Shown in pieces: positions 1 through 8,139 of a stretch of 64,000 nt of DNA. The notes below the pieces were generated by a model, which worked only from the letters and a program-made list of their open reading frames with translations, ran no database searches and was not told the DNA's origin. Within the stretch, counting starts at the first letter, position 1; each line of letters begins with the position of its first letter. The stretch comes from a bacterium. Lineage in GTDB: Bacteria; SAR324; NAC60-12. The stretch spans positions 3,040,001 to 3,104,000 of the forward strand of contig OZ242383.1 of NCBI GenBank assembly GCA_965209155.1, read 5' to 3'. The position numbers were made by a program, and so were the translations under genes.

Positions 1-165
1 ATGAACAGGACTTTTGAACGAATGCTCGCTTTGGTGGATCAAAAAGATGTCAAAAAATCTGAACATGGGTATAAGGAATTAGCAGAAGATGTTATTCACG
101 TGAAAGATCTCCTGGCAAGAATCTCTGAAGCGATTGTGATTGAGGATTAACCCGGATATCCTGGT
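1..165 (+). pseudogene. DUF4258-like toxin remnant
   Basis: Translates MNRTFERMLALVDQKDVKKSEHGYKELAEDVIHVKDLLARISEAIVIED*PGYP. This resembles the SEHG..ELAED...IEDYPxYP pattern of DUF4258. TAA at 148-150 falls where Tyr is expected, and similarity is lost after ~165. Confidence 0.55.
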
Positions 166-307
166 GGAATTCTAAGCATGGGAAGTTATCGCTTTTCTGG
201 CTAATAATGCTTTTTGAGAGTTATCCAGTTAGAAAACTATTAAAATACAGATAAAAAAACTGGTCAAGACAGATTTTTGTAATTATAAAGAACCAGATAA
301 TTATATA

Positions 308-314
308 GTTAGGC
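308..314 (+). mobile_element. Integron core site GTTAGGC (GTTRRRY) opening the first cassette; possible attI
   Basis: GTTAGGC is the exact reverse complement of GCCTAAC at 1025-1031 and is preceded by an AT-rich tract. Confidence 0.7.
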
Positions 315-366
315 GGTTGACCTTATTCGGCCTGTCCGTCGGGAACTAAATGCGATACCTTGCGAT

Positions 367-861
367 ATGGCCAAACCACGCGTGTATGTCGAGACCACGG
401 TTCCCAGCTTTTACCACGAAGAGCGCACCGCCCCCGCCATCGTGGCCCGCCGGGAGTGGACCCAGCGGTGGTGGGACAGCGCGCCCGAGCGCTACGAGCT
501 GGTCACCAGCCCCGCGGTGCTCGACGAGTTGACCGGCGGCATACCGGAACGCAGTGCGAAACGACTGGCTCTGATTCGTGGTCTACCACTCCTGCCAGTC
601 GAATCGGCCATCGCCGAGATCGTCCAGGGATATATCCGGCACAAGGTGAAGCCGGCTGATCCTGGTGGTGACGCACTGCATTTGGCGCTTGCGTCTTATC
701 ACAAATGCGACTTTCTGGTCACCTGGAATTGCCAGCACCTTGCAAATGCGAACAAGTTCGGACACATCCGCCGTGTGAATGCCATGCTCGGTCTTTTCGT
801 GCCAGCGTTGGTGACACCCTTGGAGCTACTTGGAGATAGCGATGAAACAGAAATCGAATGA
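367..861 (+). CDS. PIN-domain (VapC-like) toxin in an integron cassette
   Basis: N-terminal VYVETTVPS, DALHLALA and FLVTWNCQHLAN PIN-family motifs. Confidence 0.85.
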   Translation: MAKPRVYVETTVPSFYHEERTAPAIVARREWTQRWWDSAPERYELVTSPAVLDELTGGIPERSAKRLALIRGLPLLPVESAIAEIVQGYIRHKVKPADPGGDALHLALASYHKCDFLVTWNCQHLANANKFGHIRRVNAMLGLFVPALVTPLELLGDSDETEIE

Positions 862-1030
862 TCCGGTAATCGACGAGATCCGGGAAGTGCGGCACCGCAT
901 CTCGGCGCGCTTTGAACATGATCCCATGCAGATGGTGGCCTTCTACATGGAAATGCAAAAGCAGTACCAGGACCGACTGATTGAGACCACACAGAGCGCT
1001 GAGTTGGGTCGCGACCAACCAGCCGCCTAA
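842..1030 (+). CDS. Small partner protein of the PIN toxin (putative antitoxin)
   Basis: Overlaps the PIN stop. DPVIDEIREVRHRIS is typical of small proteins downstream of this PIN subfamily. The stop codon lies within the attC inverse core. Confidence 0.7.
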   Translation: MKQKSNDPVIDEIREVRHRISARFEHDPMQMVAFYMEMQKQYQDRLIETTQSAELGRDQPAA

Positions 1031-1096
1031 CCCAGCGCTCCAACCGACGGCCAACCCGCTTCGCGGGCTGTCCGCGGCTGAGCTTGGTCGTTGTGC
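1025..1096 (+). mobile_element. attC recombination site (72 bp)
   Basis: R'' GCCTAAC; L'' GCTCCAAC with an extra C; central palindrome CCCGC-TTC-GCGGG; L' GCTGAGC; R' GTTGTGC. Confidence 0.85.
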
Positions 1097-1115
1097 TTCA
1101 GAAAATAAAAAAATA

Positions 1116-1373
1116 ATGGAATCAGATTTTGTAAAAGTTCATAAACATTCGTCATATCACAGAGACGAATTAACAGAAGGCGAGTACTGTGGTTGCTTTT
1201 ACTGCCTATCGATTTTTGAGCCGAGTATAATTGTGGAATGGATCGATGAGATTGAAGGGGTAAGGACAACAGCAATGGGCCCCAATTGTGGAATAGATTC
1301 TGTCATCGGTTCGAATTCAGGTTACCCCATCCCAAAAGAGTTTCTGTCAAAAATGCGAAGATATTGGTTTTAG
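1116..1373 (+). CDS. Small Cys-rich (Zn-binding) cytoplasmic protein, second cassette
   Basis: CGCFYC...GPNCGIDSVIG...YWF. Starts just after the attC R' site and is AT-rich compared with the first cassette. Confidence 0.7.
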   Translation: MESDFVKVHKHSSYHRDELTEGEYCGCFYCLSIFEPSIIVEWIDEIEGVRTTAMGPNCGIDSVIGSNSGYPIPKEFLSKMRRYWF

Positions 1374-1531
1374 GAATGGAAATTAGTATGCTCAGCGTCC
1401 ATATCCAAGTAGTCCACACCGGCCTGCGCATAAGCCTCCACCACGTGGGGTCCGCGGCTCTTCATTAATGTTTCGATGATCACTTCACCTCTTTTCAACT
1501 TTGCTTTTAACTGATTCTCCCGCAAGGGCAT
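1370..1531 (-). pseudogene. HpcH/HpaI aldolase family N-terminal fragment (53 aa)
   Basis: MPLRENQLKAKLKRGEVII...VVEAYAQAGVDYLDMDAEH with a GGAGG RBS; truncated right after the DxEH motif. Confidence 0.65.
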
Positions 1532-1669
1532 GGTTTCCTCCTTTTTACTTCGGATAATGAATAATTCCCCGACTCTAACTTCCTTATCTCATCTCTCTCC
1601 CTTTCCTGGTTAATGAGGCTGAAAGTTCGGGCTGACCCAGGGTGATGGCAATCCCTTCATCCCCGTCCG

Positions 1670-1721
1670 ACGAGCCGTTCTCAGGGGGGAAAGGAGTCGT
1701 AAGACTCCCGACCTACCCGAC
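1670..1721 (+). mobile_element. Group II intron 3' end remnant (half of domain V plus domain VI)
   Basis: ACGAGCCGTTCTCAGGGGGG, then hairpin GGAGTC-GTAA-GACTCC, then CCTACCCGAC with a bulged-A-like end. Confidence 0.55.
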
Positions 1722-1787
1722 GGAAATATGAACTTAAATTCCCAAAGTCACAGGCTTGACCCCGATTTGACCCCGATTCCCCGATTT

Positions 1788-2744
1788 CTAAGCGAAGGGG
1801 TTGATCAGTCTGGAGAGGAATCCTCGTTTGCGTTTCCCTGCGGTGCCGTAACTTCCCTGCCCGCCCCGCAGCCTGGGGTCGAGCAGATCTCTCACTGCGT
1901 CGCCGAACATGTTTAGACTGTAAACGACAATAGTCAGGCAAAGCCCCGGCCAGAACGCCAGCCAGGGGGCCATCTCCATGTACTGACGTCCTTCCCGGCT
2001 GAGCATCCCTCCCCAGCTGGGAATCTGGGCCGGCAGACCGAATCCGAGGAAGCTCAGGGAGGCCTCGGAAATAATCACCCCCCCGATGTTGATGCTGAAG
2101 ATGATGATGACAGTCGCCATAATATTGGGCAGGACATGGCGTAACAGGATTTGGGTCGTGGGGGTGCCCACAGCCTTGGCTGCCAGAAAATAGTCATTCT
2201 CTTTAACACCGATAACGGCACTTCTGACTATTCTTGAAGCGGCGATGCCTCCGGTAATCCCCAGGACCACGATGATCTGGAGGAGACCCTTTCCCGCAAT
2301 GGACATGATGGTTAACAAGAGGAGCAGTCCCGGGAAGGCCATCCAGGCATCGACAAATCTTTGCATAACCAGGTCAAATTTGCCACCAATGAATCCTGAA
2401 ATACCGCCTATCAGGACAGCAACGACAACATTGAGTGCAGTCGCGGCCAGACCGACGACTAACGAAAGACGAGCCCCGAGGATAAGGCGGCTCAAGAAGT
2501 CCCGCCCCAACTGATCGGTCCCCAGCAGATACCGGGCTGATGAGCCCTGCAGCATGTCTGCCGGATGCACTTTCATATAGCCATACGGAGCCAGAACATC
2601 GGCAAAGATCGCCACCAGAATCAAGAGCAAGACGATCATCCCGCAGACCGTCCCCAAGGGCTTCTCCTTGAGAAGCCTGATGAAAAAATCAACCGACCGG
2701 CTCCGTCGCTTGGGCTCACGGATGAGGGAGGGGTTCTCACTCAT
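1788..2744 (-). CDS. Peptide/nickel ABC transporter permease (DppC/OppC family)
   Basis: LLGTDQLGRD, RHVLPN, EASLSFLGFG and GDAVRDLLDPR motifs. Confidence 0.95.
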   Translation of the reverse strand: MSENPSLIREPKRRSRSVDFFIRLLKEKPLGTVCGMIVLLLILVAIFADVLAPYGYMKVHPADMLQGSSARYLLGTDQLGRDFLSRLILGARLSLVVGLAATALNVVVAVLIGGISGFIGGKFDLVMQRFVDAWMAFPGLLLLLTIMSIAGKGLLQIIVVLGITGGIAASRIVRSAVIGVKENDYFLAAKAVGTPTTQILLRHVLPNIMATVIIIFSINIGGVIISEASLSFLGFGLPAQIPSWGGMLSREGRQYMEMAPWLAFWPGLCLTIVVYSLNMFGDAVRDLLDPRLRGGQGSYGTAGKRKRGFLSRLINPFA

Positions 2745-3696
2745 ACCGCACCCTCGGTTCCAAATAAGGATAAATCAGGTCGATCATTAGATTGACCCCA
2801 ACAACCATGACGGCGAAAACCAGGTTTACTCCGGAGACCACCGGGTAGTCTCTCTGATTGAGTGCCTCCACCATGAGACGACCTAAACCCGGCAGGTTGA
2901 ATATGTTCTCCATGATAACGGAGCCACCTACCAGGATAGGCAACTGCAGGCCTACCAGGGTAACTATCGGGATGAACGCATTTTTGACAGCGTGTCTCAT
3001 AACAACCACCCTCTCCTTGAGACCCTTGGCCCAGGCGGTCCTGATATAGTCCTGCCTCAGCACCTCCAGCATCATAGTGCGCGTCATTCGCATTGTGCTT
3101 GCAGACATGGCCGTCCCCAGAATCAGGCTGGGAATGAGGAACATTCCAAGATTCCCCAGCGGGTCTTCCGTGAAAGGAATCAGCTCCATCGGTGGCGCCC
3201 AGCCCCACCAGATTGCTGGGTAGATCATGACCATGATGCCCAGCCAGAAGTTCGGCGTGGCCAAGCCGATGATTGCGATGGAGCGCCCCGCGTAGTCGGC
3301 AACCGTATCCTGGCGCATCGCCGAGCAGATGCCAACGGGCAGCGCGATCAGGAGCCCGATGACGATGGCCATGACACCGAGCTCAATGGTTACCGGCAGG
3401 CTAGCAATTATTTTCTCCTCTACCGTAAAATCACTAAACATTGATTTACCAAGAGTGCCGTGAAGGAAAATACCTTCCATCCAGCGCCCATACTGCACGT
3501 AGACAGGCACGTCTAATCCCAGCATACGCATAAGAGCTTCACGGTCTATCTCGATGAAATCTATTTCTTTCATCTGAGCTTCCATTAGGTCTATCACATC
3601 TCCGGGGAGGAAGCGGACCAAAAGAAAGACCAGGATGGTCAGTATAAACACGGTGGGGATTATCAGCAGCAGCCGCCGAATAATATACGCTCTCAT
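2737..3696 (-). CDS. Peptide/nickel ABC transporter permease (DppB/OppB family)
   Basis: YIIRRLL, DYIRTAWAKGL, RHAVKNA and RDYPVV motifs. Confidence 0.95.
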   Translation of the reverse strand: MRAYIIRRLLLIIPTVFILTILVFLLVRFLPGDVIDLMEAQMKEIDFIEIDREALMRMLGLDVPVYVQYGRWMEGIFLHGTLGKSMFSDFTVEEKIIASLPVTIELGVMAIVIGLLIALPVGICSAMRQDTVADYAGRSIAIIGLATPNFWLGIMVMIYPAIWWGWAPPMELIPFTEDPLGNLGMFLIPSLILGTAMSASTMRMTRTMMLEVLRQDYIRTAWAKGLKERVVVMRHAVKNAFIPIVTLVGLQLPILVGGSVIMENIFNLPGLGRLMVEALNQRDYPVVSGVNLVFAVMVVGVNLMIDLIYPYLEPRVRYE

Positions 3697-3735
3697 GTGA
3701 TATACCTCATCGCGATTTCCCCCATCATTTCTTTC

Positions 3736-4023
3736 GTCATTGCCACCCCTCTTTTTTCATTGTGAGCCCCGATTCTATTGTCCCGACTCGCAAGTTCGTT
3801 GCATAAATCGCATCGTGTTCTGAAGTGGGCCTGTGGTTCGACAGGCTCACCACGAACGGGAGAATCCAACACTCCGTTCGCCCCGAGCCCGTCGAAGGGC
3901 CGCCGAAGGCTTTCTGTTTGTTAAGCGCACTTCTGAGACAGCAGAATCGGGGCTTCGCCAAGTTCCTTCACTGCCTCTTCGCTGCACTCAGAGCTTCGGT
4001 TCAGGACAAGCCTCGCAATGACA
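3736..4023. repeat. Nested REP/REPIN-like palindromic elements
   Basis: GTGGTTCGACAGGCTCACCACGAACGG (3833-3859) pairs imperfectly with CCGTTCGCCCCGAGCCCGTCGAAGGG (3874-3899). Outer ends read GTCATTGC...GCAATGAC. Confidence 0.6.
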
Positions 4024-4143
4024 GTAAGAAAGGCCTCCTCTCATTATTCAATGAGTAAGGGAGCTGGGAAGCTTAAGCCTCAGCGCTAAGGACCCCCCGA
4101 CCCCCTTTTTCCCTAAGGTCAGGAGCCACAAGGGGTGAAACAC

Positions 4144-6237
4144 CTAATGACCCATTGCTTCCTTCAGCTCACTATCAATCCAGAGGCGGGAGAAGACCAC
4201 TTGCATTTGAATCGCTCCAAAGCCGCCTTCGCCGTTATAACCCATCACCCACGGCCAGTGCACGTTAAAAGATGGGGCCAAAGGCCCCCAGATGAACCAG
4301 AACTGCTCTATAAAGCGCATGTCCATCTCTTTAATAAGCGGCATCTGATCCTCTATGGTAGCAGCCGCGCGGGCGGCTTCATACAGGGCGTCAAATTCCG
4401 CGTCACGGACTACGGCGTTCCTCTCTGCGCGCGACCAAAGAAAACCCATTTGCGACAATGGATCAGCCTTTACCCCCGAAGTTGCACCACGTATTTCAAA
4501 ATCTCCAGTCATCTCTCTAGCATTAAATTCTACAGAGGTAGGTGTCTCAACATCCACATCAATTCCAATGTCACGCCAGTATGCGGCGACGAATTCTGTC
4601 CAGCTCAAATCAAACCGCTGGAAGTGCATGACCTCGGTCTTGAATCTAACGCCGTCGGCGCCTCGAGGATATCCAGCCTCATCAAGCAGCTTCTCGGCCC
4701 CTGCCGGGTCATACCTGTGGTATTGCTTGAGCTCTTCGGGCCACTCTTCAAATGGGATGTGATACCCCTTGAATTCCCTGCCTACTCGCCCCCGAGGTAT
4801 CGTATCTGCATAACCCTTGAAGTAGGTATCGTTCATTGTCTCGAGGTCCAGTGCCATCTGCATTGCGTGGCGCACCCGGATGTCGTCAAAGGGTGGCTTG
4901 CTCACGTTCAAACTAAAACTAGCATTCGACCGTTCTGACCACGGGTGCACCACGAGTTCGGGGTTGGTTCGCATGAGGCTCTCTACCTGACCTATAGAGT
5001 TTAAATTAGCGAGGCCCTGCCAACCTATGTAATCAACCTTACCCGAGCGTAGTGCCGCCAAATAGGTCGGCACCTCCATGATCACCAGACCCCTCACGGT
5101 GTCGATATAGGGCAAGCGGTTCTCCGGGTATTTTTCGTCGTAGCCCCAGTAGGTTGGATTCTTGGTCCAGGTCACAGAGGTGGCGGGGACCAAGTCAGTT
5201 ATCGTGTAGGGCCCGGTGCCGACCACGTTCCTCCAATCCTGCATGTCCCCGTATTGCTCGATTACCTCGGGGGGCTGTATAACCATACCGTGCTTGTCCA
5301 AGATAAGGTTCAGGGCATCGAGTCTTGGCTCCTTCAGCTTCATAACAACCGTCCACTTGTCGGTGGCCTCTACCGATTCGAAAGGCAAATCTGTGAGGGC
5401 ACCTCCCATTGGGGAAGGTTCGGTGAAGCCGCTGCCCAAGCCCAAATAGCGGTGAAAGGAATGTTCTACATCCTTGGCAGTTAGCTCTCGCCCATTCACC
5501 GGCGGCTTATCATGCCAGTGAACGCCCTGGCGGATGTGGAAGATATACGTTGTGGCGTCGGGCTGTTCCCAGCTTTCAGCCAGCGCCCCCCTTAGGGCGT
5601 ATAAAGGCGCCATGTACCCGCCGACAAAGGGATATGTGTCCCTGTCTATTGCCCAGTCCACGACGGCCAGTTTCTCTACAACGCCACTGGTGATGAATAA
5701 CGCTAAATGGCTATACCAAGCATCCAGCTTCGATGCCACTAATGAGGTGTTTTTCAGGACGTGTGTCAATGTCCCGCCATACTCAGGTGCACTCACTACC
5801 ATACCTGTGCTGGGGTCTGTCACATACTTCTTCTCGGCAGCAACGGCTGCCGAACCGGTCCAAAGGACGATCAGACCCAGGATGAGGGCCAGCAGGGTTG
5901 CCCTGAAGTTTGATTTGCTTTTTTGATGATCAATCTTTTTCCTTTCGATTGAATGTTCAAAATTAAGGATTGCTTTAAAACCTGCTTTCGTTCCCGAAAG
6001 CACGTTCTCAACGATGCTTCTGATTATTATTTTCATTTTGACCTTTTCTGCTTTTTGATTAAAAACAAGATTATTAAAACCTGCTTTCGTTCCCGAAAGC
6101 ACGTTCTCGAGGATTCTTCTACTTTTTTGAAGGTTCATCGTGTTCCTTTCTGCTTTTTGATTAAAAACAAGATTGCGGGTTGCTTTAAAACTTGTTTTCG
6201 TTCCCGAAAGCAAGTTCTCGACGTTTTCTCTACACAT
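4144..6237 (-). CDS. Family 5 ABC substrate-binding protein; signal peptide begins near 5934, upstream part is a repeat extension
   Basis: LAESWEQPD, GTGPY, PFDDIRVRHAM and SRLWIDSELKEAMGH. Hydrophobic signal peptide ending AVA/AAE. Confidence 0.9.
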   Translation of the reverse strand: MCRENVENLLSGTKTSFKATRNLVFNQKAERNTMNLQKSRRILENVLSGTKAGFNNLVFNQKAEKVKMKIIIRSIVENVLSGTKAGFKAILNFEHSIERKKIDHQKSKSNFRATLLALILGLIVLWTGSAAVAAEKKYVTDPSTGMVVSAPEYGGTLTHVLKNTSLVASKLDAWYSHLALFITSGVVEKLAVVDWAIDRDTYPFVGGYMAPLYALRGALAESWEQPDATTYIFHIRQGVHWHDKPPVNGRELTAKDVEHSFHRYLGLGSGFTEPSPMGGALTDLPFESVEATDKWTVVMKLKEPRLDALNLILDKHGMVIQPPEVIEQYGDMQDWRNVVGTGPYTITDLVPATSVTWTKNPTYWGYDEKYPENRLPYIDTVRGLVIMEVPTYLAALRSGKVDYIGWQGLANLNSIGQVESLMRTNPELVVHPWSERSNASFSLNVSKPPFDDIRVRHAMQMALDLETMNDTYFKGYADTIPRGRVGREFKGYHIPFEEWPEELKQYHRYDPAGAEKLLDEAGYPRGADGVRFKTEVMHFQRFDLSWTEFVAAYWRDIGIDVDVETPTSVEFNAREMTGDFEIRGATSGVKADPLSQMGFLWSRAERNAVVRDAEFDALYEAARAAATIEDQMPLIKEMDMRFIEQFWFIWGPLAPSFNVHWPWVMGYNGEGGFGAIQMQVVFSRLWIDSELKEAMGH
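5976..6237 (-). repeat. Three tandem 99-111 bp units, each with an RBS+ATG and a TGCTTTCG-GGAA-CGAAAGCA hairpin
   Basis: Hairpin cores at 5983-6002, 6082-6101 and 6193-6212; a fourth copy at 11934-11953. Confidence 0.85.
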
Positions 6238-6382
6238 TGGGTCTCCTTCATTTTCAAGTGATCAAAAAACCAATTCATTGCCTCCAGGATGGGGCAATGA
6301 ACTATAAACCGACGCACTCAGGCGCCGATGATTTTCCAAATTCCCCATTGCCGTTCCGTTCCCGGAACGGAGAACGAGGGAT

Positions 6383-6723
6383 CTCAAGGATCTCTCCCTG
6401 ATGTCGAGATAAGATAAGGGGGGACAATCCAATGAACTGGGGACTTGGGATTTAGAACGTGGGTGCTGTGTGCCGGGTGCCGGGTGCCGGGTGATTGAAT
6501 GATACTCTCATATTAACCTTTTGTCAAGAAATTTTTATACTTGAAACGGGTTAATTTCAGACTTTCATGTCATCCTGATTGATAGCTGACAGCGAAAAGC
6601 CATTTCGCGACAGCGACTCTTTAAGGAAAATATTTTATATCCAAAAAAAATCAACATTTTTTTTAAGACAGATCCGATTTAGTCATTTAAGGCAAATTTT
6701 TCTCATATCCAGAAATAGTATAA
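6383..6723. repeat. Duplicated upstream region, copy 1 (copy 2 at 12143-12467)
   Basis: Near-identical on direct alignment. Copy 1 has extra GCCGGGT heptamers. Confidence 0.9.
6499..6527 (-). promoter_or_regulatory. Sigma70-type promoter TTGACA-17-TATCAT
   Basis: Consensus -35 and near-consensus -10, pointing at the SBP gene, conserved in the duplicate. Confidence 0.7.
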
Positions 6724-7409
6724 TCGCTCTGCAAATGTATCAAGATTTTTTTAAATATGGCGACTCATTCATTCATGAGTGTCTTCTGATGATCAAAGAA
6801 AATACGTTTTCATATACGGAAGTCAACATTTTTGGCACTTTTCCATTCCCCGTTGATCGTTTCTAAAAATCCTCTGCTGAGGATATGAAGTTTTAGATGA
6901 CTTTCGGCTCAATCAATAGGAGCGAAATTGAAATGAAACCTTCAGCCCAAGGCGATTTCTTGAAAACTATCACAAAAGAACGATGATGGCAAAATCCTGG
7001 TAGGTTTCATTATCCCCTTCAGTATCCTCTCTCAATATAACAATATTCAGAGGAGGTCAATCGATTTTTTTTTGCTCACCTTGATTCCTCAGTGGCGAGT
7101 GCTGGTGTCATCCTGGAGTTGATCCTCGCTCTTCTCTGTGTCAGTCCTTAAAAATACTGGACAATCCTGCCCTTCCAGGAATGAAAAGCATGGGATTCAG
7201 AGCGAATCATTTCAAGGACTGATGCTCAGTCGGCACGCGTTTCGATGGTCCGCTGAGATAACGGGGAAAACTCTTTCAGTTCTGCTCTGCTTAAAACTTT
7301 CCACTTTTGGAAGAAGGCCAATATCTTTTTCTCGATGGGTTTGTCGGTTCCTTTTGACCGGAGACTGCCCTTATCATTCAAGGGATTGCGGGAAAATCTA
7401 CCAAGATGT

Positions 7410-7562
7410 TGCCTTCAGAGAGCCAGAGGCGATAACGTTGATGACATCATTGATGATTTCCCGAATTGGAAGGCAGAGGATATTGAGGCTTGTCTCGCCG
7501 AGGCAGCCTCCCTGGCAGAAGAACCAATCATTCCGATTGATTTAGAAGCGCAGGAAGGGTGA
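7410..7562 (+). pseudogene. DUF433 antitoxin C-terminal fragment
   Basis: DDIIDDFPNWKAEDIEACLAEAASLAEE; the N-terminal GKP motif is missing. Confidence 0.6.
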
Positions 7563-7815
7563 AAATCAGGGTCGATGAGAACATCCCCAAGATGACTGTC
7601 AGGGCACTATCAGCACGAGGAGATGATCTCCTCGAGATCCGAGGAACCGAATGCGAAGGCATTCCAGCTGATCAAGTCTGGCAAATCTGCCAAGATCAAA
7701 AAAGACTTTTCAATTCGACAGAGAGGGGCTTTTCCAAAGCCCGAGAATCGAATCACTAGGGAATGAGGATTGTTTGCCTCAAACAACCCAGTGGCCAAGG
7801 CATCCATCAATGCGA
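7559..7815 (+). pseudogene. DUF5615 PIN-like toxin, premature stop
   Basis: MKIRVDENIP start overlaps the DUF433 stop. TAG at 7757-7759 is followed in frame by GMRIVCLKQP. Confidence 0.6.
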
Positions 7816-8139
7816 TTTACAATGAGCGCAAATTGGATCTTGGTTTAGAATCGTTACACAATCGAATTGTTGGTGGGCTTGGGATGTGATAAAATAAGAG
7901 TAAATATTTTTCTTCACTCACAATACAGAGGGAAAAATGGATCAAGTATCAGAAGATTGGGCCATTCGGTTCCGGTTTCATTACTGAACTGAATGAAAGC
8001 GATGAATTGATTGGCAGCGAGATCCCGGATGCCAGTAAATTTATTAAATTTATCAGAGAGCCGCCTTCGATTATGTTCGTCAGCTCATAGGACCCCATGC
8101 CGACCAGGTTCCTCCAATCCTTTTTCATTGCAAAAGCAA

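Noticed and set aside
981..1115. N-terminal extension of the Cys-rich ORF (NPALQPTANPLRGLSAAELGR)
   Set aside because: It is the translation of the attC site; the real start is at 1116.
5976..6237. Tandem palindromic repeats as a CRISPR array
   Set aside because: The period is 99-111 bp, the intervening sequences resemble each other, the frame is open throughout, and no cas genes are present.
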